Assembly: GCA_013287855.1 (NCBI GenBank) | Contig: JABDCY010000001.1 | Coordinates: forward strand, 2,277-66,276 | Origin: Candidatus Babelota bacterium | GTDB taxonomy: Bacteria > Babelota > Babeliae > Babelales > Vermiphilaceae | DNA length: 64,000 bases | Direction of reading: 5' to 3' | Part shown: piece by piece, positions 47,748 through 55,421 of the stretch | Numbering within the stretch: the stretch's first letter is position 1 | Layout: every line of letters starts with the position of its first letter | Position numbers and translations under genes: made by a program | Notes under the pieces: generated by a model | What the model saw: the letters and a program-made list of their open reading frames with translations, nothing else | Told to the model about the DNA's origin: nothing | The model's database searches: none

Positions 47748-47848
47748 TATTACCTTGGTTCGGTTGATTTTTTGATCTTTCAGTATTGAAATCAATATTA
47801 AAATAAATTTCTTCCAAACATTCTCAAAGGAGCTTGATAAACCACTCG

Positions 47849-48013
47849 TTTGTCATCCTGAACTTGTTTCAGGATCCATCTCTCATAATCATCCTGATTT
47901 TAACAAATCAGAAAAATATCTAATGCATATACATTTTTAATAAAATTAATTTTACAATGCACACTCACTGGTAATTTGAAGCGTGGATCCTGAAACAAGT
48001 TCAGGATGACAAA
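47849..48013. mobile_element. MITE-like element, 165 bp, perfect 30-bp terminal inverted repeats
   Basis: tttgtcatcctgaacttgtttcaggatcca (47849-47878) is the exact reverse complement of 47984-48013. Each arm contains its own palindrome (atcctgaa/ttcaggat). The core is AT-rich and 105 bp long, with no ORF. Confidence 0.8.
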
Positions 48014-48069
48014 TCTGGGGCATTCGAAACTTAATGTCAAAATATGGAAATTTTAGCAAGATTTCACTA

Positions 48070-48504
48070 TCAGATTGTCACAATTAAATCAATAGAAAAT
48101 TCTGGGTAGATTTTTTTTACCATCGACATCATTTTTAAACTTGGATTACATTTTTTGGTCTCAAGTCGCTGATAGCTATACAGGGTGTCAAATCCCATTT
48201 TCATCGCCGCTTCTTTTTGGGTATAGCCATGCTTGATTCGCCAATACCTAACCAAAAATGAAAAAGCTATATTAGGATCCAATGAAACGTCGACGATTTT
48301 TTTTGCACTTCTTTTTACTGTTTTTTGAGGAAGCTTTGCCAAGTCCTTGGAGTTTGCATGTTCTTCGATAAAAAGATTCAAAGCTTCTTTCATGTTAGTT
48401 TCTAGTTCTTGCAACGTATCAGCTTGAGTAACGCAACCAGGTAATTCAACGCATTGCGCCCAAAATCCGCCATCTTCTTTATGTATTTGGAAATGATATT
48501 TCAT
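48070..48504 (-). CDS. hicB: HicB-like antitoxin fused to an XRE-type HTH domain, no adjacent HicA
   Basis: MKYHFQIHKEDGGFWAQCVELPGCVTQADTLQELETNMKEAL (HicB/UPF0150 fold) plus a C-terminal YTQKEAAMKMGFDTLYSYQRLE HTH. Confidence 0.75.
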   Translation of the reverse strand: MKYHFQIHKEDGGFWAQCVELPGCVTQADTLQELETNMKEALNLFIEEHANSKDLAKLPQKTVKRSAKKIVDVSLDPNIAFSFLVRYWRIKHGYTQKEAAMKMGFDTLYSYQRLETKKCNPSLKMMSMVKKIYPEFSIDLIVTI

Positions 48505-48662
48505 AAACTCTTCCACTTACCGGCATCTAATATCTCCTCATCTACAAAACATGATACCAAGTATAATTGGTAGGTCAAATACCTTGCCGAACTGCGTAGA
48601 CGGTAGTAGGTTAAAAAACATCTACCGACTATGATATACCATTATTATGCGAGGATTTCAGT

Positions 48663-49361
48663 ATGCAAAAAAAAGAAACCTTGGCAATAATGATTCTACT
48701 TATTTCTGATAGTCACCAGGTGATGACTATGGATCAAGCAACAAAAACAACAGAAGAACTTCAAAAAGAAAACCTGACGTTACGAGCTACTCTCGAAGAA
48801 TTACAACGAGGCACACAACAAATATTAGAAACTACTAGAGCTGTGCAAAAAGAACTTTCTGCTTTGCCGCGCACAATTTCCCTCAAGACAGACATGAGTA
48901 AACTCGAAGGTCGATTAGAAAAAGCAGAACATGATATTTTGGCGATTCCCACATTACAGGGTCAGCAAGAAACAACCAAGAAAGAAATACAGCAGTTACA
49001 AGGTGCTACAAAAAACGTTGGTGCCACCGAACAAAAAGTTGTGAATTTGGAAATTCAGTTCCGTGATCTTCCTCAATTGCGCGACCATTGTACGCGGCAT
49101 CAAAAATTAGAAGACGACATTCTTGACTGGCAAGCCCATCAACGCTTTCTGGGTGCCATCAATGCAAAAAATCCCCAAAACGAATTAGAAATCTATACAT
49201 TGAAACTCGGTAAAATCTATACTCAGTTGCGACTGCAGGAATTGGGCGATAAAATTGCCGAAACGCAAGGTAAAGAGAAAGAGCTTCCTCAGCAAAAGTC
49301 GGTAATTGGATTTTTGAAAGATTTCATGTTCGGTACAGAAAAAAAATTGGATGAGATATGA
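48663..49361 (+). CDS. secreted coiled-coil hypothetical protein
   Basis: Leader KKETLAIMILLISDSHQ; long heptad-like Q/E/L-rich sequence. Confidence 0.5.
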   Translation: MQKKETLAIMILLISDSHQVMTMDQATKTTEELQKENLTLRATLEELQRGTQQILETTRAVQKELSALPRTISLKTDMSKLEGRLEKAEHDILAIPTLQGQQETTKKEIQQLQGATKNVGATEQKVVNLEIQFRDLPQLRDHCTRHQKLEDDILDWQAHQRFLGAINAKNPQNELEIYTLKLGKIYTQLRLQELGDKIAETQGKEKELPQQKSVIGFLKDFMFGTEKKLDEI

Positions 49362-49660
49362 AGAAGTTACTGTTGTTTACTCTATTTTTTATGCACAGCA
49401 ATTTTTGCATGCAAACTAAGAAACAAATAAAACTTGTTTTTACGCAAGAAGATTTTGCGGCATTATCGCACATGCCACAAGCAGAACTTCTATCAGCGTG
49501 TAAAGATCTCATGCAAAATTATAATATCTTATACGGTGAAGCAACTACATTGGTCGATTTAGCTGAACGCTCTAAGAAACTCCTGCAACAAACGATCGCA
49601 GAAAATGCTCGGCTGAAAACGTTGGTAAGCCTGAGCGCTGACAAAGAAAATCAACATTAA
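49358..49660 (+). CDS. small secreted hypothetical protein
   Basis: ATGA-type overlap with the upstream gene. Leader MKKLLLFTLFFMHSNFC. Confidence 0.5.
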   Translation: MKKLLLFTLFFMHSNFCMQTKKQIKLVFTQEDFAALSHMPQAELLSACKDLMQNYNILYGEATTLVDLAERSKKLLQQTIAENARLKTLVSLSADKENQH

Positions 49661-50520
49661 CCAACCGCAGGTTTGGCATTCGTCATCTTTTCACCCAAAA
49701 ATCGCACATAATATTCGGTTGGGTTCAAGTTTGAGGCAACCCTGGTTTGCGCACATACTTTATCAAGCGCGAGAATCTTTTTAGGGAACGGTGACTTTTG
49801 CCAGTTTTCAAAATGACAGTACGCGGGCGACAACGCTTTGGTTGGTGGATTGTTGATAAAATAGCGGTTCAAATGACTTTCATCATTAAACACCGCAACA
49901 AATCCCCGGGCCACATCGGTATCCACATTGTTCATAGTCGTGCGCACAAGACGCAAAAATTCTTCACGCGTGCCGCCGTAAAATCCACCCGCAAAATAAA
50001 ATCTACCCTCATTGCGATGAATGCATGCAGTGGAAATTGGATTGGTTTCATAGATACCACGCTCAAACAAAAATTGCGGATGGCGCACGCCGACCCGATC
50101 GCTCAAAATTTCATCACCAATCGGCGCATTAAAGAGCATGTCAGCATCAATGGCAAACAGATAATCCATGTTCGCTAATTTTTCTTGATTATTATAATAC
50201 GCATGGAAGCGCATCATGGTCGCCCATGGCCAGCCCATTTGCACCTGTGGGACTTTTACTACTCGCGGATGTTCTGGAGGAGTTCCGTCAGTGAAAATAA
50301 AATAAGTCACATTGTGATGGGTACAAAAATAACGATCGGCACTTTCGATGAGCGGAGCAACAAAGTTGATATATTTGCCGGTTGCGGTAATCAAAAGACC
50401 AATATTTTGTTTTTTTGTGGTGTCTGCACAAAATTTCTCTGGATCTTCTGGCTTGTGTCGAGCGGCAAAGAGAAAAACGCCTACAAGTAATGTGATTGTT
50501 GTCATAATAATTTTGTTCAT
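49657..50520 (-). CDS. GT6-family glycosyltransferase (histo-blood-group ABO / alpha-1,3-Gal(NAc)-transferase-like), type II anchor, DXD retained
   Basis: Collinear with the human GTA catalytic domain as recalled: [34 protein letters not shown] / [38 protein letters not shown] / [32 protein letters not shown] / [45 protein letters not shown] / [25 protein letters not shown]. N-terminal anchor [14 protein letters not shown]. Confidence 0.85.
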   Translation of the reverse strand: [287 protein letters not shown]

Positions 50521-50560
50521 AACTTGAGTCCTTTATTTGATTCAGCTTTGTTTTTTGTCC

Positions 50561-50723
50561 CCTTCGTGGTGAGCATAGTCGAACCATAACACCGAATTTT
50601 AGTTATGAAAATTTGAAATCAGTATTTTTAAGATGAGTTGTATCTTGAAATAGCACTTAATTTTTTCAGCAAATTGCTGCTTACATGAGTTCGTAATGGT
50701 TCGACTATGCTCACCACGAACGG
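50561..50723. mobile_element. MITE-like arrangement: two inverted 28-nt REP-like units flanking a 108-bp AT-rich core
   Basis: ccttcgtggtgagcatagtcgaaccat (50561-50587) versus atggttcgactatgctcaccacgaacgg (50696-50723), with 25 nt of exact inverted identity. Confidence 0.7.
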
Positions 50724-50896
50724 ATAGTTAATTTTTTTCTATTTTATCTCCATTACAACTATCTACTAAAAGTCTAGATGACTAGTACTTATACTCCAAA
50801 TAGCAGGAGCTGACAAGGGAGATCGATGTTAATCTTGCACACTGACCCAGCAAAGGAGGTAAACTAAACATAGGGACCTAAGAGGGAGGGAAAACA

Positions 50897-51172
50897 ATGA
50901 GGCTAAATTTTACATTATTTGTAAGCATCATGGTATGGGCATCATGTAACTGTATGGATGAAAAATATCTACTCAGCGGCAACGCCAAACAATTTTTGGC
51001 AGAGAACGCTGCTAAGATGCAGCATGTTGAACCTAAAACACTCAGGGCAGCTATTGTTGATGTCGAAGCACTAAAAGTACATTTTGACGGTCTGACTGAA
51101 GATCAAGAATTGAAGATTCTTGTGCGAAAAATTTACCAACGACAACCAGATGAAAATGATTCAATTTTTTAG
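50897..51172 (+). CDS. small secreted hypothetical protein
   Basis: GAGGGAGGG SD and leader MRLNFTLFVSIMVWASCNC. Confidence 0.5.
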   Translation: MRLNFTLFVSIMVWASCNCMDEKYLLSGNAKQFLAENAAKMQHVEPKTLRAAIVDVEALKVHFDGLTEDQELKILVRKIYQRQPDENDSIF

Positions 51173-51178
51173 CCGATT

Positions 51179-51823
51179 TTATTTACGTACCATGATAATT
51201 TGGTAGCCAGTTACATACACACGCCATCCTTTTTGTCGTAAATAATAAATCACTAATTCTCCTTTACCACCGTGCACCAAACCACAATCATCAATCATTA
51301 CCACAGCATTGGGTGATAACTTATCATAGGCAGCTTCAATTTCGTATAAATGATGTAATTGCGATGGCAAGGGATTATTTCCATCAAAATCAAAACTATC
51401 TAAGTACAGAAAATCGATAGGTTTATCAAAATTTTTTAAAAAATGTACTGAATCATTTACTATAAGATGCACATTGTTTTCACTTCCTGGGAATAACATG
51501 GTGCGTGCATTTTCTACGGCTACAGGATTAATGTCAACAGAGTATAAGTCAGCTTGATGTAAAGCACTCCAGTAGCCAAAAAGAACGGTAAAACCACCAT
51601 TACTGTCAAACACCCCTTCTTTATCTCTGGTCGTTCCTGTTTCTACAATTGTTTTTACATGACGCTCGGTCATCAAGTGTGCCGCAACCTCAAAGGTTAC
51701 GCGCCGGTCATTATGAACTTTGCTTCGTATAAAGGCGAGGGCAGAATCTAGTGAGCTGTACGCATCTTGAACGCATACTAATACATAAAAACTCGCTGCC
51801 ATTATCTTAAATTTAACATTCAT
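51179..51823 (-). CDS. class I SAM-dependent methyltransferase-like protein with N-terminal leader
   Basis: ATG at 51823 after GAGGAA. Leader MNVKFKIMAASFYVLVCVQDAYS. IVETGTTRD, LYSVDINP and DFLYLDSFD give a Methyltransf_24-like layout. Confidence 0.55.
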   Translation of the reverse strand: MNVKFKIMAASFYVLVCVQDAYSSLDSALAFIRSKVHNDRRVTFEVAAHLMTERHVKTIVETGTTRDKEGVFDSNGGFTVLFGYWSALHQADLYSVDINPVAVENARTMLFPGSENNVHLIVNDSVHFLKNFDKPIDFLYLDSFDFDGNNPLPSQLHHLYEIEAAYDKLSPNAVVMIDDCGLVHGGKGELVIYYLRQKGWRVYVTGYQIIMVRK

Positions 51824-52009
51824 CACTATATTCCTCATTAGAAAAACTATCAAAAACACAGTTAAAACCATTAAGTTTGCCAGAAACACTATTCATACAT
51901 TAATTGGATGTCAATTGGTTTTTTTGTATCACACATGCACAATTTTTACTTGGCGCTCTAATCTGCTATCCTAAAAAAGGTCGTTGATTAGCAATTTTCA
52001 GGATCATTA

Positions 52010-52675
52010 ATGCAAATTCTTAAAGCTCACGAAATTTTATTGTTCATCAAACCATACTTGCCCGATTATCCCGTTATCGTAGAAGCGGGAGCCTTTAATG
52101 GCCGTGACACGCGGCGCCTAGCCACCTTTTGGCCACAAGGCACCGTGCATGCATTTGAACCGGTGCCTGAAATTTTTGCACAACTGAAATCGAATTCTGC
52201 ACATTTATCTAACGTGCATTGTTATCAACTAGCACTCAGCAATTCCACTGGCACTGCCACATTTAATGTCTCTGAAAATCCCCACAAGCCTGGTGCGCCC
52301 TATCCTGCAGGCTCTCTGCTCACGCCAAAAGAACGGTTACAATTTTCATCGGCGCAGTACCCAAAAAAAATTCAAGTTCCAACAACAACACTTGATGACT
52401 GGGCACAAAAATACAAGATTAGTCATGTGGATTTTTTATGGTTAGATTTGCAAGGCCATGAACTTGCCGTTATGCAAGCAGCACCACAAATCTTACAACA
52501 GGTGAAAATTATTTTTACCGAAGTAGAATTTGTGCAAGCCTATGAAGGTTGTCCGCTCTATCATGAAGTACAACAGTGGCTTGAAGCACACGGTTTTGTG
52601 GCCATCGCAAAGGATTTTGAAACGACCAGCGGATGGTTTTTTGGCAATATGGTGTTCAAGCAAACAAAGAATTGA
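52010..52675 (+). CDS. FkbM-family methyltransferase
   Basis: VIVEAGAFNGRDT...VHAFEPVPEIFAQL...ALSNSTGTATF...VDFLWLDLQGHELAVM matches the FkbM family pattern. No leader. Confidence 0.75.
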   Translation: MQILKAHEILLFIKPYLPDYPVIVEAGAFNGRDTRRLATFWPQGTVHAFEPVPEIFAQLKSNSAHLSNVHCYQLALSNSTGTATFNVSENPHKPGAPYPAGSLLTPKERLQFSSAQYPKKIQVPTTTLDDWAQKYKISHVDFLWLDLQGHELAVMQAAPQILQQVKIIFTEVEFVQAYEGCPLYHEVQQWLEAHGFVAIAKDFETTSGWFFGNMVFKQTKN

Positions 52676-52738
52676 TTTTATAGTGATATATTGTAATTTA
52701 GAATGCAGAAATTTTAATTAGAAAAAAGGAGCATGTTT

Positions 52739-53740
52739 ATGAAAAGATCAAGACTCATCTTGTCGTATATTGTTATTTTCTTATTCGCCCACGTTAGCCA
52801 TTGCATGTCTCATGACCCAAGTTTACGCATTGACCGCGTTGTCCTTTGGGGCTGCAAACATTTTTCTGATACTTTTGCCTACGTCAATTTTGCCTTCGCT
52901 AAAGCGTTCAAGCATCTTGGCTATGAAGTCTTGTGGCTCGACAATAATGACCGTATAGATCATATTAATCTCGCACATTCTCTCATTTTAGGAGTCGGCC
53001 ATGTCGATCAAAATATACCTTTGCGTGACGATTGTTATTATGTGCTGCACAATTGTGATCTGACCAAATACGACTCTTTGTATAAGGCAAACAAATGTCT
53101 TGTCTTACAGGTTTACGTTAACGATATTCTCACGCGTGATGTGGAATATATTGCCGACTGCGTGTACTATCAACCTTCGTTAAAAACACTGTACCAGCCT
53201 TGGGCAACTGATCTACTGCCCCATGAAATCGATAGTATCAAACTACAGCTAACAACTAAAAAAAACAAAGAATCTGTCGTCTATTGGGTTGGCACCATAT
53301 GGGATGGCTTATTTGGTAATCGAGATAAACTCAGTCGCTTTGAAAGCGCCTGCAACAAAGCAGGAGTACGCTTTGAACATCTCGCTAATATACGTTTGGA
53401 GCAAAATATCAATTTCATGCAAAAATCTTTTCTAGCACCTGCAATTCAAGGACAATGGCAATGTGAGAAAGGCTATATCCCATGCCGTATTTTTAAAAAC
53501 ATCAGTTATGGTGCTCTTGGCATAACTAATTCAGAAACTGTCTATAATTTATTTAAAAGAAAAATAGTTTATAATCCCGACACGTATCAACTTTTTTTTG
53601 ATGCTTTTGAACGTGCAAAAACAATCACCTTGGAAGAACAATATGAACTTATGGATTTTGTAAAAGAACATCATACCTATTTAAATCGTATCGAACGAAT
53701 TTTTCAGTTTCTTGCACGTTTGCAACAAACAACACATTAA
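52739..53740 (+). CDS. hypothetical protein with leader, possible glycosyltransferase
   Basis: ATG at 52739, 7 nt after AGGAG. Leader MKRSRLILSYIVIFLFAHVSHC. The C-terminal half (VYWVGTIWDG...RIFKNISYGALGITNS) loosely resembles the GT-B C-domain. Assignment is weak. Confidence 0.3.
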   Translation: MKRSRLILSYIVIFLFAHVSHCMSHDPSLRIDRVVLWGCKHFSDTFAYVNFAFAKAFKHLGYEVLWLDNNDRIDHINLAHSLILGVGHVDQNIPLRDDCYYVLHNCDLTKYDSLYKANKCLVLQVYVNDILTRDVEYIADCVYYQPSLKTLYQPWATDLLPHEIDSIKLQLTTKKNKESVVYWVGTIWDGLFGNRDKLSRFESACNKAGVRFEHLANIRLEQNINFMQKSFLAPAIQGQWQCEKGYIPCRIFKNISYGALGITNSETVYNLFKRKIVYNPDTYQLFFDAFERAKTITLEEQYELMDFVKEHHTYLNRIERIFQFLARLQQTTH

Positions 53741-53753
53741 TTGAGGAGATATA

Positions 53754-54578
53754 ATGAATAAAAATATTTTTTTTATCCTAGCAGTCATCAGCTATCCATA
53801 TTTAGCAGCTACCGGTATTACGCTTAAAACTGGTAATCGAAACAGCTATATAGGTATGTTCAAACCCACAGATAAAAATTTACAAGGCTTAAAATTTGGC
53901 AATTGGGGAAGCCGTCCCTATGAATATGCCTGGGTCAGTTCACTTGCTTCGGTCGAAGGCAAACGAGTAATCGATTTGGGGGTAGGTATACCTTCACACT
54001 ATAACTGGTATCAATATGTCGTCGAACAGTTAAAGCCTGCATTTTATGCGGGAGTAGACCTTGATGAACGCATCAAAGATCAGCTTCTTTCGGGATCAAA
54101 TTTTGAACTTAAATATATGAATATGGCAAACCTAGAATATCCCGACAAATCATTTGATATCGCGTATTGCATCAGTACCTTTGAGCATATTCCGTACGCT
54201 GACTTCATGGGATCCATCAAGGAAGCACATCGTGTTTTGACTGATGATGGACTGCTCATCATAACCCTTGATGAAGAATGGGATAAAAATGAACCATCAA
54301 ACTACTACAATGGATGGAATACACTTGAACTAAGTCTTATGCAGCGTGGTTTTACTCGCAAGAATCGTTCATTTGGACTTCCAGAATTTATGATGCTGAT
54401 TAAAGATTACTTTGTATTATATCAAGACGACGCAATGATAGATTCAACACTAGGTATAATCTCGTCTAAGCGTGATGGATTCATTTATTATCAACGGGAA
54501 AATCGTGATAATTCAATTTTAAACAGCGGGTCAGTTATTAATAGTTGTGTAAGTTATGCTGTGCTCAAAAAAAAATAA
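53754..54578 (+). CDS. class I SAM-dependent methyltransferase with N-terminal leader
   Basis: GAGGAG SD. Leader MNKNIFFILAVISYPYLAA. VIDLGVG, FDIAYCISTFEHI and DDGLLIITLD are Methyltransf_11-like. Confidence 0.6.
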   Translation: MNKNIFFILAVISYPYLAATGITLKTGNRNSYIGMFKPTDKNLQGLKFGNWGSRPYEYAWVSSLASVEGKRVIDLGVGIPSHYNWYQYVVEQLKPAFYAGVDLDERIKDQLLSGSNFELKYMNMANLEYPDKSFDIAYCISTFEHIPYADFMGSIKEAHRVLTDDGLLIITLDEEWDKNEPSNYYNGWNTLELSLMQRGFTRKNRSFGLPEFMMLIKDYFVLYQDDAMIDSTLGIISSKRDGFIYYQRENRDNSILNSGSVINSCVSYAVLKKK

Positions 54579-54589
54579 TTTAGCTGAGG

Positions 54590-55291
54590 TTAATTTACAA
54601 GTACTTTAGCCAACTGCTGTTTAATGCAATAATTGTATGCTAAATTAATATGGACATTGCCATCGCTTAAAGTTTTATCAAGATCTCCCGCTTGTGTAGC
54701 ATAAAATTGATAAAAATCTAAAAATTTTATCCCATGCTGTGAGCAGTTGGTTTTAAGCAAACTGTTAAGCTGCTGTGTAATAAGTATGCGATCACTAATT
54801 GAACCATAGCTGGGATATTCTTTAGAAAAATCGCCGTTCATTGGTGGTACTACATTAGCAATAACGCACGTTATATAATTATAATTCTGCTTATTATTCA
54901 GTACAGTTTTAAGGTAATTATCAGCTAATGGCTGCAGAATGGAAGCTAATGGTACTTTTTGTAAATCGCGCTGTTTACCGATATGACATCTGACATCAAT
55001 CTCACCGAAAACAAAAATAACCGTATCGCCGTCTTGTATTCCCAAATCTCTTAAGTTTAATGCATTAAACCCATCGCGGCCTACGCGATGCATTGTAGTT
55101 GGTCCTAGCCAATGGATATCAAATGCCATTGAATTGGCGTTTTTATAAGCATAATAATGAGAAAAACGCCAATCCAATATTCCTTCATAAGCAAAGCAAT
55201 AAAAGGCGTGACTATCGCCAACAACGTGTATTCGTGATGCCGACAAAAAAGAGCTCATCGAAACTACGATGAGCAATAATTTTTTTCCCAT
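54590..55291 (-). CDS. SGNH/GDSL-type hydrolase (possible glycan O-acetyl esterase/transferase) with leader
   Basis: Leader MGKKLLLIVVSMSSFLSA, immediately followed by block I IHVVGDSHAF. Block II-like FVFGEIDV. Block V-like DGNVHIN. Confidence 0.55.
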   Translation of the reverse strand: MGKKLLLIVVSMSSFLSASRIHVVGDSHAFYCFAYEGILDWRFSHYYAYKNANSMAFDIHWLGPTTMHRVGRDGFNALNLRDLGIQDGDTVIFVFGEIDVRCHIGKQRDLQKVPLASILQPLADNYLKTVLNNKQNYNYITCVIANVVPPMNGDFSKEYPSYGSISDRILITQQLNSLLKTNCSQHGIKFLDFYQFYATQAGDLDKTLSDGNVHINLAYNYCIKQQLAKVLVN

Positions 55292-55421
55292 CTGCCCCCC
55301 CGGACCAAATGAATAATTGCAAATCCCTTATGTAATAACATACAAAAAAATAAATTAATTTCGCTATAGATTTATGAAAAACATATGATAGGATTGCCAA
55401 GTTACAAAAAAGGAGAAAAGA

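Noticed and set aside
50288-50587. 99-aa ORF starting MVRLCSPRRG
   Set aside because: Its start codon and first codons come from the REP-like unit, and the rest is an alternative frame overlapping the GT6 gene on the same strand.
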